Shown: piece after piece, positions 30,775 through 38,959 of the stretch
How the letters are laid out: every line of letters starts with the position of its first letter
How positions within the stretch are numbered: position 1 is the stretch's first letter
Sequence record: PZ476263.1
Direction: 5' to 3' (one strand)
Origin: a phage
Length of the DNA: 64,000 bases
Program-made: the position numbers and the translations under genes
The notes under the pieces: generated by a model
Database searches by the model: none
The model's input: the letters and a program-made list of their open reading frames with translations, nothing else
What the model was told of the DNA's origin: nothing

Positions 30775-31077
30775 TTAAATACCTTCTTCATCTTTTGGTC
30801 GACATTTCTTTTCCATAGCTTTTAGATTCTTATCAGTTTCTTCTGCGAGATCACGAAGTTTTTTAGCAAGAGGTTCACCAACAACGAACCATTTCTTTAC
30901 CGCAATCTTTGTCAACTTCGATAACCAATCGGCGAAATCTTCCATACGCCAAGCTACCCAACTGATAATCGCTGCAAAAATGTTTACAAACATCAACATA
31001 AATCGATGTGGGTTAATAATGCAAAGAATAACGATAAGGGAAAACATTTTTACAAAGTTAAATACAATTTTACTCAT
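30775..31077 (-). CDS. small membrane protein
   Basis: 100 aa, two hydrophobic helices. Confidence 0.35.
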   Translation of the reverse strand: MSKIVFNFVKMFSLIVILCIINPHRFMLMFVNIFAAIISWVAWRMEDFADWLSKLTKIAVKKWFVVGEPLAKKLRDLAEETDKNLKAMEKKCRPKDEEGI

Positions 31078-31481
31078 TTATTAATAGTCTCCTTAACAGT
31101 GTTTTGAATATTCTCATCCCATATTTCAAGGTCAAAGAATTCTAAAGGGCAATCGCCAATATCGTATGAGTTTGCAGTGCAAGGTGAAACCCAATAGCCT
31201 TCAGCAACTATTGATTGTACGCCTTCTGAACTAACAACATACTCAGTTATATAGGGAACCAAGATCGGTTCTACATCACCACAACCACATCCACAACAAA
31301 AATATTGACCATTTTTCAACTCATAGAGTTTATGTGGTGGTTTGATTATCACCTCTGCTAAAGGATATTCAGAGATGATTGCATCATTATACTGTTGGCC
31401 TCGGAACTTTGCAATAAATTTTAAAAAGTTTTGCGTATGTTTTTCTTGAGCTTCGTATTTACGTAAATTATCAATATTCAT
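31074..31481 (-). CDS. hypothetical Cys-rich protein
   Basis: 135 aa with 'YFCCGCGCGD' cluster; ATGA overlap. Confidence 0.35.
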   Translation of the reverse strand: MNIDNLRKYEAQEKHTQNFLKFIAKFRGQQYNDAIISEYPLAEVIIKPPHKLYELKNGQYFCCGCGCGDVEPILVPYITEYVVSSEGVQSIVAEGYWVSPCTANSYDIGDCPLEFFDLEIWDENIQNTVKETINK

Positions 31482-31714
31482 TTTTCTTCCTCTTTCCCTC
31501 CAAAGATACTAAAAGCTTTACTGTAGTCAATATGACCATCCACATAATGCTGTTCTTTCAACAGGCATTTCTTGCAAATACGGGATACTCTTGTCATATT
31601 GTCGGGATCATCTATGTACCGTCCTCTTATCGTGGTGTGCATATTTTCTGTTATGACCCACTCATGATTGCAAATAGTTTGAGGGTGTTCTTTTTTCTTT
31701 TTAAAAGGCCACAT
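31478..31714 (-). CDS. hypothetical Zn-finger-like protein
   Basis: Start taken at the internal ATG next to the upstream stop; C..H...C..C pattern. Confidence 0.3.
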   Translation of the reverse strand: MWPFKKKKEHPQTICNHEWVITENMHTTIRGRYIDDPDNMTRVSRICKKCLLKEQHYVDGHIDYSKAFSIFGGKEEEK

Positions 31715-31715
31715 G

Positions 31716-31913
31716 TTATTTTCCTTTCTTTGTAATGATGAGTTTAAATTTACCATACACTGAATCAGAAAACAAGACATCAACTAAAGAATTATCGTCC
31801 GCTTTAACTTTAAGAAAGTTGCGATTGCCACATTGATTAATGACTTCATACTCCTTACCTTCACTAAAAAGACCCCAACCCTTAAAATTACTTTTCTCAC
31901 AGAGTAGCTTCAT
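31716..31913 (-). CDS. hypothetical protein
   Basis: 65-aa ORF. Confidence 0.3.
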   Translation of the reverse strand: MKLLCEKSNFKGWGLFSEGKEYEVINQCGNRNFLKVKADDNSLVDVLFSDSVYGKFKLIITKKGK

Positions 31914-31945
31914 ATTTTATCCCCTTCTCGTCATTTGATGTAGAG

Positions 31946-31975
31946 ATTATAGTTCATAAAGTATGGACCTGTCAA
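31946..31975 (-). promoter_or_regulatory. sigma70-like promoter
   Basis: TTGACA-N18-TATAAT on minus strand. Confidence 0.45.
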
Positions 31976-31984
31976 CATATTTAT

Positions 31985-32010
31985 ATAAATAAAAAGGCCA
32001 CCCGAAGGTG
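31985..32010 (-). terminator. rho-independent terminator (minus strand)
   Basis: On minus-strand RNA: GGUCACC-UUCG-GGUGGCC followed by UUUUUAUUU. Confidence 0.55.
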
Positions 32011-32021
32011 ACCTTAATAAA

Positions 32022-32432
32022 TTAATCTTCCAGTGCTGCCAGTGCTGCCAGTTCCGCACGAAGTTCTTCTGGCGTTTTGTTCTTCAGTTCACGAAGTTCT
32101 GCATCTGCAAGCTGATCAATCAGGATCTGACGTTTACGCTTGATTTCTGCACGTTTTGCTGCTTCATCTTCTTCAGCTTTACGGATTTTAATTACCTCTT
32201 TAACAACGGCAAGAGCGAGATCCAGTTTCTTATCTTCTTGAGGTTTATCGTCCACAAAAGAAACTCCACCGAGGCTTTTAATTTCATCATCCAGGTCAAC
32301 AGCAATTCGGTTCAAAGAAAGTTCTGGACCACGAAGATGCAGTGTAAACAGGTCTTCAGTTGTGATATTGCCACGTACAGTTTTAAAACGCAGGTGCTGA
32401 CGAATAGCCTGTTCAAATACATTGTTACTCAT
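32022..32432 (-). CDS. hypothetical protein
   Basis: 136 aa with charged helical C-terminus. Confidence 0.4.
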   Translation of the reverse strand: MSNNVFEQAIRQHLRFKTVRGNITTEDLFTLHLRGPELSLNRIAVDLDDEIKSLGGVSFVDDKPQEDKKLDLALAVVKEVIKIRKAEEDEAAKRAEIKRKRQILIDQLADAELRELKNKTPEELRAELAALAALED

Positions 32433-32458
32433 GATAATCTCCTCTGTTATTTATTAAA

Positions 32459-32734
32459 TTATTCTTTTTCGAAAGGGCCGCCAAGGGACACTTTAAGATC
32501 AAAAGATTTTGATAAAATAAAATCAGCGTCCTCATTAAAGAAGTCAAACTGAATAAAACATTCGTTTAGGCTCACACAAACCCCAACCGATTTTACACCG
32601 TTGACATCTTTCATCAGATATTCATATTCAGGTAATAATTTTACATCATAAAAATAAAAGACTCCAGAATCAATTTCGTCCCAACCATCCCAAGATTTAA
32701 CAAATTTACCTTCAATACCTTTTAAGTCGCTCAT
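32459..32734 (-). CDS. hypothetical protein
   Basis: 91-aa acidic protein. Confidence 0.35.
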   Translation of the reverse strand: MSDLKGIEGKFVKSWDGWDEIDSGVFYFYDVKLLPEYEYLMKDVNGVKSVGVCVSLNECFIQFDFFNEDADFILSKSFDLKVSLGGPFEKE

Positions 32735-32763
32735 TCTAATCTCCTCTCGTTGTTGATGTGATG

Positions 32764-32792
32764 ATTATAGGCTTCCTTGCCCAATGTGTCAA
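32764..32792 (-). promoter_or_regulatory. sigma70-like promoter
   Basis: TTGACA-N17-TATAAT (consensus hexamers). Confidence 0.5.
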
Positions 32793-34805
32793 TTAAAAAG
32801 TTACTTCAATTACACGATTAAATTTACCAGCTACTTTCAGAATCACAGATTTGCCAGAGGTTTCTGAGAAACCGATACCTGCCAGTTGCTGATCAGATGG
32901 TGCAACTTTCATCTTCTCTGCCAGAACTTCAAATACCTTCTTATGTTTGTTCAGCTCTGGGCGAAGGTATTCATTATAGAATCCACGAGTACCTTCTGGA
33001 TTTGCACAACCTTCCAACATAAAGAAGTAGTGGCGCAGGCCAGTTTTGTTGTTATCCCAATGGTTAGGTGAATTCATAATTACAGAGACTTTCTTAAAGT
33101 TTTCTGTGTTGATTCCCCATACCTTTTTGGAGACTGGTGCAGCCGCCTTCATTTTGCCAGTAATCTTTTCCACCTTACCATTAACAATCTTCACAGAGGC
33201 CACCTGAATTTTGTTGCCATCCTGCGGATTGTTCTCGGCACTCATGTTGTAAATTTCCCCGTTCACCTCCACTTGGATAGAGAAACCTGAACGAGTATTT
33301 GAACGACGACGATAGTTGTGAACAAAGATACCATAAACCCCATCAACGAGATCAGAATAGTAAATATTCTCAACTGGATCCACATCATTCCCAATTCCGC
33401 CTGCATTCATATCTACATCCAATTGACCACCCATTGGAGATCGACGATTACGGTTACCGAAGTAAACTGTGTAATTGCCTGGTTCAACAACAGACAGATC
33501 AAGGTCATCCCCGTTTGACCAAGACAAAGATACACGGAAAGGTGAATCTGTATTGCCGCCTGCTGCTTTAACGCGCTCTTTAATAGAGTCGGTTACTTCA
33601 CCATTGTACGACCAAGAGAAGTTGTTGTCCCACTTAAGCATGTTTGTAGCATCTGCATGTACAGGTGCGATCAGGGATACAAAGTTACCCGCCAGATTGT
33701 TACCAACAAACGCATCAATTCGTTCAGCCGATGGAAGAATATTCTTAAAGAAGTGCTCAGCACTTACCTTTTCCACCTTGTTCAGACTACGAGATGAACC
33801 TTTTGCAGACTCCTCTGAAAGCTCCTCAAACACATTGAACAGCTTCTTAGCTTCACGGTTAGCAAAGAGTACATTGTTAATCGTAATGTCTTCAATCGTC
33901 GCATATCGACGTGCAAGAGAGTCTTCCATACCCAACTCTGCAACTGTTTTCTGAGCCTGTTCAATCATACCTTTGGTGATCAAAGACGTTGGGCGCTTAT
34001 AGTTTGTCGGAGCCATAACTTTTTCCCAAGCTTTAACCGCAGCTTCCAGATCCATATCGTTAGATAAGTTTTCAAGCAACGTTCCTAAAGCTGTGTTACG
34101 GAATTTAAGAACATAGTTATGTTCAACTGCCATCGTCCACAAGAAACCTTGTTTCTCTGAAATGGAGCGACGATCATATTCCTTTTTCAGTTTAATAAAC
34201 AGGTCTACTAAACCACGGAATTCATTACCGCGATACAGAGAGCCTTGAGCAGTCAGTTCTTTGATCGTCTCAGCTGCATCAAGAGTAAGTTCTTTCATGC
34301 TGCGCTCAAAAACTTGAACAATACCACGGATATCGTTCTGCTTGGTTGGGATCACACCTTTATCATACACAACATTGCTCGGAAGAACTGCATAAAAGTG
34401 ATTATAAGTTACAACCTGCCCATTTTCAATAACGTTGTTTTTCTCTAAGCCAACACGGCGTTCATGATGGAAAAACTGATCAACAACATTGCTATTACGA
34501 ACTTTGTTGGCAAGAGAATCAACCACGGCCTGATAGTAGCCAGGGACAGTGATATCCCACACGGACACGATCTCATTGTCGACAAAAGTAACTACACGAC
34601 CAACGTCACGAATAAAGTTTTTGCAGCAATTGCAATCGTACTCACGACGCTCACGGTATACATTGTTAGTCCCTTCAGGGAAAGAATCAAGGTAAAGGTT
34701 GTAAAATTCATCTTTATCAATATCGACAACGAACAGTCCGGTTTTAGACATTTTAGCCAGTTGTTTCTGAATCTCGGTTACGAAAGCGTGGTAGTTGTTA
34801 GACAT
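32793..34805 (-). CDS. large early protein of unknown function
   Basis: 670 aa, N-terminal Cys cluster 'YDCNCCKNF'. No ligase KxDG or P-loop motif seen. Confidence 0.5.
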   Translation of the reverse strand: MSNNYHAFVTEIQKQLAKMSKTGLFVVDIDKDEFYNLYLDSFPEGTNNVYRERREYDCNCCKNFIRDVGRVVTFVDNEIVSVWDITVPGYYQAVVDSLANKVRNSNVVDQFFHHERRVGLEKNNVIENGQVVTYNHFYAVLPSNVVYDKGVIPTKQNDIRGIVQVFERSMKELTLDAAETIKELTAQGSLYRGNEFRGLVDLFIKLKKEYDRRSISEKQGFLWTMAVEHNYVLKFRNTALGTLLENLSNDMDLEAAVKAWEKVMAPTNYKRPTSLITKGMIEQAQKTVAELGMEDSLARRYATIEDITINNVLFANREAKKLFNVFEELSEESAKGSSRSLNKVEKVSAEHFFKNILPSAERIDAFVGNNLAGNFVSLIAPVHADATNMLKWDNNFSWSYNGEVTDSIKERVKAAGGNTDSPFRVSLSWSNGDDLDLSVVEPGNYTVYFGNRNRRSPMGGQLDVDMNAGGIGNDVDPVENIYYSDLVDGVYGIFVHNYRRRSNTRSGFSIQVEVNGEIYNMSAENNPQDGNKIQVASVKIVNGKVEKITGKMKAAAPVSKKVWGINTENFKKVSVIMNSPNHWDNNKTGLRHYFFMLEGCANPEGTRGFYNEYLRPELNKHKKVFEVLAEKMKVAPSDQQLAGIGFSETSGKSVILKVAGKFNRVIEVTF

Positions 34806-34836
34806 TTAATATTCTCCTTTGTGTTTTGATGTGGTA

Positions 34837-34865
34837 ATACTACTTACTTTTCTTTTTGTTGTCAA
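34837..34865 (-). promoter_or_regulatory. sigma70-like promoter
   Basis: TTGACA-N17-TAGTAT upstream of the 670-aa gene. Confidence 0.45.
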
Positions 34866-35010
34866 CCTCTTTGTAGAATTCTTTTAAAAATTCTTCGGGA
34901 GGGACTCCCTTTTTATAGTAAGGTAAGCAATCAGAGATCACAAACCACCTGTGTGTTTTCATAGACCAAACGATCTTCTCACACTCGGCAATATACTGGA
35001 TAAAGGTCAT
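34840..35010 (-). CDS. small protein (56 aa), not in ORF track
   Basis: ATG overlaps upstream stop (TAATG); overlaps the downstream promoter. Confidence 0.2.
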   Translation of the reverse strand: MTFIQYIAECEKIVWSMKTHRWFVISDCLPYYKKGVPPEEFLKEFYKEVDNKKKSK

Positions 35011-35216
35011 TAATCCTTTTTCCCATAAGAAAGAGATTCAAACTGAGATGAATCATTTTCAAAGGACACTTGCTTAGAGTCTTGTTGAGTCTGCTTGTCG
35101 ATCTGGATCAGGCATGTTTCAATCACCGACCCTAAAGGCATTCTCATGCTTTTGCTATAGGCAAGTAAAAACTTAAGTGCTTCTGCTTCTTCTTTTGACA
35201 TGTTTAGTGTAATCAT
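35010..35216 (-). CDS. hypothetical small protein
   Basis: Start at the internal ATG with SD AAGAGAG. Confidence 0.3.
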   Translation of the reverse strand: MITLNMSKEEAEALKFLLAYSKSMRMPLGSVIETCLIQIDKQTQQDSKQVSFENDSSQFESLSYGKKD

Positions 35217-35235
35217 TGTTTTCTCTCTTTTAGTA

Positions 35236-35421
35236 TTATACGTGAACAACAAACCAGACTTGATTTTTATTATTGTAAACTTCATAAGATTTTAGTATGG
35301 AGTAACAATATTTTTGAAATCCTTTTACTAAGATCGTTGTTTTCTCTTCAGGGATTTCTGAAATATCTACATCAAATATTTCCATAACTACCTCACCGCT
35401 TTCAATTATGCGAATATTCAT
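35236..35421 (-). CDS. hypothetical small protein
   Basis: 61-aa ORF. Confidence 0.25.
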   Translation of the reverse strand: MNIRIIESGEVVMEIFDVDISEIPEEKTTILVKGFQKYCYSILKSYEVYNNKNQVWFVVHV

Positions 35422-35431
35422 ATCAGTACCA

Positions 35432-35806
35432 CTATTTAAGTTTTTTCATCTTTTTGATCTGTGATGGCAAAATATAAGTTACTTCATTGAAGATTTCAAG
35501 ATCTTCTTTTTCAACCCATACTCGGCCCGTGTCTGGACAGAAAGTATGACCAACGAGGACAGTCATTGTGTTCTCTTCCCCGATCCCGTAGCAGGGTTGA
35601 CCATCACCATAGTTACTGAAAACAAAGTTTTCATTAGGTTTAAGTGCTTCACCTTGGACAAAGATAACGTAACCAGCTTCTTTCATCGCTTGGATTTCTT
35701 TTGCTCGTTCAAAGCCTTTCATGAAACGAGTGTAAGAGTGTTTATTGGCGAAATCTTTAATTTTGATCTCTTCTAACTTGATGTGGCGGATGTTCAAATG
35801 AGACAT
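35432..35806 (-). CDS. hypothetical protein
   Basis: 124-aa ORF. Confidence 0.4.
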   Translation of the reverse strand: MSHLNIRHIKLEEIKIKDFANKHSYTRFMKGFERAKEIQAMKEAGYVIFVQGEALKPNENFVFSNYGDGQPCYGIGEENTMTVLVGHTFCPDTGRVWVEKEDLEIFNEVTYILPSQIKKMKKLK

Positions 35807-35818
35807 TTTGTTTTCCTC

Positions 35819-35995
35819 TTATTTGTTAATGAATTGGCTAAGGATTTCGATAAGATCTTTAGCTTGTTTCTTGTCGAGAATCACGCTGTCTCCTGCGTGG
35901 AGGATTTCAATAACATCCTCTTCTGCATGATATTCAACTTCCTTTGCATGAAAATCTTCAGTTTCTTTAATCACTTTTACAATGCGCTGTGTCAT
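35819..35995 (-). CDS. small acidic protein (58 aa), not in ORF track
   Basis: ATG with SD AAGGAGAG; the 108-aa plus-strand ORF here is antisense to it. Confidence 0.3.
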   Translation of the reverse strand: MTQRIVKVIKETEDFHAKEVEYHAEEDVIEILHAGDSVILDKKQAKDLIEILSQFINK

Positions 35996-36105
35996 CTTGT
36001 TTCTCTCCTTTTCTCTCTTTCATCGTTTAGTTTCGATAAGGTGATAGTACATCAACTAACCAATTATTATTTAGCAATTAGTGCTAAACGCCATAATCAA
36101 TCTTA

Positions 36106-36348
36106 TTAATTTTCATTTAATACCCTTAGTGATTTCTTTTCACAAATATCCCTGAGCCTGACTACCTCTCCTATTAGATAGGAAATAGCCTTAGCTTGTA
36201 CTGGTTCATCGTAATCCCCAACTGTCCCAAACACTTCATCGAGAGATAGGAAGAACCCTGAAGAGTAAATACTGTTTTGATCTTCTATAGCACGGTCTGC
36301 ATTAAATTTAATATCTTCCAGGGTGCTATTACTGATATTCATAGTCAA
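36106..36348 (-). CDS. hypothetical protein
   Basis: 80-aa ORF, ATGA overlap with downstream gene. Confidence 0.3.
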   Translation of the reverse strand: MTMNISNSTLEDIKFNADRAIEDQNSIYSSGFFLSLDEVFGTVGDYDEPVQAKAISYLIGEVVRLRDICEKKSLRVLNEN

Positions 36349-36725
36349 ACTCCATAATCTATCTTAACAAGCTTCCCTTTGTAGTATCCAAAGTTTTTAG
36401 GAAATGCGTCGTACTCGAAGAAATCTCGGTCAAGGGTTCTATCTTTATCGTTATCAATCTCATCATAAAGTTTTTGTAGATCAGCTTTAAATAATTCCTC
36501 ATTTTCTACTGGTTTAGCCTTGTGCATCACAACCATAAGTCCGAACCTGTTTGAGTGAGCTATTGGGCACAGATGCGGGTTATTATACCCTTTCCACTGA
36601 CCCTCTGTCATATTGCTGAGCATTCCTTGAACAAACGCCTTCCATGAATTAAATCTTGGGAACTTAATCGCATACTTGTTTGTGATTATGACAATTCTCG
36701 TCCCGCCACTCCTGTTTATCTGCAT
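36345..36725 (-). CDS. hypothetical protein
   Basis: Start set at the internal ATG with SD GGAG, because the ORF-track start lies inside the promoter -10. Confidence 0.35.
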   Translation of the reverse strand: MQINRSGGTRIVIITNKYAIKFPRFNSWKAFVQGMLSNMTEGQWKGYNNPHLCPIAHSNRFGLMVVMHKAKPVENEELFKADLQKLYDEIDNDKDRTLDRDFFEYDAFPKNFGYYKGKLVKIDYGV

Positions 36726-36765
36726 CTTAATATCTCCAGACCTCGTTACTTGTTTCGATGAGGGC

Positions 36766-36793
36766 ATCATACCAGAATGAATCTGTGTGTCAA
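36766..36793 (-). promoter_or_regulatory. sigma70-like promoter
   Basis: TTGACA-N16-TATGAT on minus strand. Confidence 0.4.
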
Positions 36794-36807
36794 CACTTTT
36801 TATTCAG

Positions 36808-36834
36808 GCAATAAAAAACCACCCCGAAGGGTGG
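36808..36834 (-). terminator. rho-independent terminator (minus strand)
   Basis: On minus-strand RNA: CCACCC-UUCG-GGGUGG followed by UUUUUUAUU, just downstream of the polymerase 3' exon. Confidence 0.55.
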
Positions 36835-36852
36835 CTTAAGATTAAAGTTTCA

Positions 36853-37755
36853 TTAGTGACAATCTCCCCAGCTGTATCCACACAAGTATTCCCCTGTGAT
36901 ATGCACTGGTGATTTCATCATCTTAGCTGCTTGTTCGACACAACGAACAACCATCTCTCCTACAGGGCAGTATGTAATAGTGAAGATACCATTTTCATCT
37001 GGATCACACTTAAACTTACCTTCCTTGACACAATGGCCTTCGAGGACCATCTTCTTAGCAAGACATGCCTCAACAAAAGCTTTTGCATCAGCTTCGTTAT
37101 CAAACTTCCATACCTTTTTGAACTTCTCCGGCACTTCAAGCTGGTACTCGTCATGGTAATAAATTGTACGACGTACACCTTGATCATACCAACCTTTTTT
37201 AACCAGCTGCCAATGCAACAGGATACCTACCAAGTCAAACATGGCAGCACCACCGTTCTGTTGGAAAGCGTTAAGCAATGAGTGTTTGGATCGGGTATAG
37301 ATCTTACGACCATCAAGACCATAAATGAATCGTTTACCGTTGGCTTCCCAAAACTTCTCAAGTGCTTCTTTACGACCTTTCAAACCTAAGTTGCTATCCC
37401 AAAATGCATCGATTACTGCTTGTGCTTTCTCCAATGAAATTCCAAGCATGGATGCAATCTTAGCTGCTTGAGCACCGTACATAATTCCATAGGTGATCCC
37501 CTTTCCTTCCCCACGAGATACTTTCTTACCCGCTGCCTTGGTATATGCTTCTGCGTTTCGACTATGAGCATCACCACTTTCCATAATTCGGAGGTAAGCA
37601 CCACCATCGAATTCATAACTTCCCCATGCAGCGACCATACCCTCTAAGTTAGAACCGTCTATACCTACCTGATACTTACCCTCGGGTACAGTGAAAAGGT
37701 CACGCATTTCTTTACCTAGAAGAACCTTAGGATCAGGCTTCGGCACGTTAGCACA
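36853..37755 (-). CDS. DNA polymerase (family A), 3' exon
   Basis: Contains motif A-like 'VGIDGSNLEGM', motif B-like 'ITYGIMYGAQAAKIA' and motif C 'YHDEYQLEV'. Frame stays open upstream of the GTG ('..ANVPKP', cf. PNLxNIP). Confidence 0.75.
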   Translation of the reverse strand, partial: CANVPKPDPKVLLGKEMRDLFTVPEGKYQVGIDGSNLEGMVAAWGSYEFDGGAYLRIMESGDAHSRNAEAYTKAAGKKVSRGEGKGITYGIMYGAQAAKIASMLGISLEKAQAVIDAFWDSNLGLKGRKEALEKFWEANGKRFIYGLDGRKIYTRSKHSLLNAFQQNGGAAMFDLVGILLHWQLVKKGWYDQGVRRTIYYHDEYQLEVPEKFKKVWKFDNEADAKAFVEACLAKKMVLEGHCVKEGKFKCDPDENGIFTITYCPVGEMVVRCVEQAAKMMKSPVHITGEYLCGYSWGDCH

Positions 37756-38959
37756 ATATGTTCGTTAAAGGTCGCAACTCTTTAACCGGGATCGTATACA
37801 CCTGAAGAAATATCTCTTCACACTTTCGAGTACGATTCCTGTTTCTTTTGCTACGTCACAGAAATCTTTCCCATCAAGTATCATTTTTGTTATCTCTAGT
37901 TCCAACTCTTCTTTAGTTTTGTTTCTTAACTTACTGACCCCAAAAGTTTTATCTTCGGCAAATTTACCGATAAAAAATCTAACTGTCGGTTTCTCTAAGT
38001 TTAGGATCTCACAAATCTTTAAAAGAGTCGCACCTTTCCACCATAAAGATCTTGCTTCTTCTGCAAGATGTTTCTTTTCTTCCACTTCAGAAACACATTT
38101 CCCCATGTCGAAAGTTTTTAAGTATCTTGCTGCAAAGTGCCTTTCTTGTCCAAGGTCCAGAGAGATTTTTGCATACGAATCACCTGCCAGATATCTTTTA
38201 TGGATGTGCAGATACATCTCTCCATAGTTATCAAAGCCGGATTGTTTTGCTCTATTATCTCTTTTTGCCATTGAACTTCTTTCAGATGCGATAGTTTTTA
38301 TGGACTCACCAAAAGAGTTTCCAATTGCATCTGGACTAGGACTCACCGCTGAAAAAGTATTATTAGTCATGTTATAGAATTCTGTATTGTTGGCTGCATC
38401 ATTCTCTAAAAGAACTTTTTCTTCGATTTCACGAAGGAGATCTCTTTTGTCTACAACTTCCAACACCTCAGCTACAAATCTATGACCACTTTTTAAATCC
38501 TTTTTCATATCTGGATTGGAAGAGGACCCAAGATAAGGTTTTCCACTCTTAATCGAGATTATTGTGGGGATTCCATCCACATCTATCACTTTGCATTCAC
38601 TTTTACTTCCGATATATTTGTTCGGGTATTCTTCTTTATCGATGTTTTTCAAGAGATAAACAATGTTCATGTATACGTCCTCCGCTGTATCTTTCAACAC
38701 AGTTCAGACTATATCTTTGACACACTAAAGGATAGCTGAACCAATCTACCCCTAATGTATCACAAACCACTTCGATTGTCTACGCTTACAATCTACGCCT
38801 TCCGGCTAGTCGTTGAACCTTCTACCTGTCTGGTAGCTTGGCTGCTGATTGCCCAATCCTTTAACTTTTTAAACCTTCGCTTTGTATTCCTACTCGCAGT
38901 GGTATAAAGGCTCTAAGGGGTTCCCAGCAATTCAATTTGTTTTATACTGAGGCAGCTTT
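37756..38959 (-). mobile_element. group I intron (with homing endonuclease ORF) in the DNA polymerase gene
   Basis: Minus-strand RNA carries the conserved elements in order: P-like AAUUGCUGGGAAC (38920-38931), Q-like AAUCAGCAGCC (38840-38850), R-like GUUCAACGACUAG (38806-38818), S-like AAGAUAUAGUC (38707-38717). Boundaries approximate. Confidence 0.7.
37765..38670 (-). CDS. GIY-YIG family homing endonuclease (intron-encoded)
   Basis: Starts 'MNIVYLLKNIDKEEYPNKYIGSK...' (IVY...YIGS, cf. I-TevI GIY...YVGS); SD GGAGGA; ORF lies 3' of the intron core. Confidence 0.6.
   Translation of the reverse strand: MNIVYLLKNIDKEEYPNKYIGSKSECKVIDVDGIPTIISIKSGKPYLGSSSNPDMKKDLKSGHRFVAEVLEVVDKRDLLREIEEKVLLENDAANNTEFYNMTNNTFSAVSPSPDAIGNSFGESIKTIASERSSMAKRDNRAKQSGFDNYGEMYLHIHKRYLAGDSYAKISLDLGQERHFAARYLKTFDMGKCVSEVEEKKHLAEEARSLWWKGATLLKICEILNLEKPTVRFFIGKFAEDKTFGVSKLRNKTKEELELEITKMILDGKDFCDVAKETGIVLESVKRYFFRCIRSRLKSCDL

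Noticed and set aside
33475-33954. Plus-strand ORFs within the minus-strand early region (33475-33954, 47430-47897, 48273-48743, 35783-36109, 39336-39665)
   Set aside because: Each is antisense to a longer minus-strand gene with recognisable motifs or better start context.
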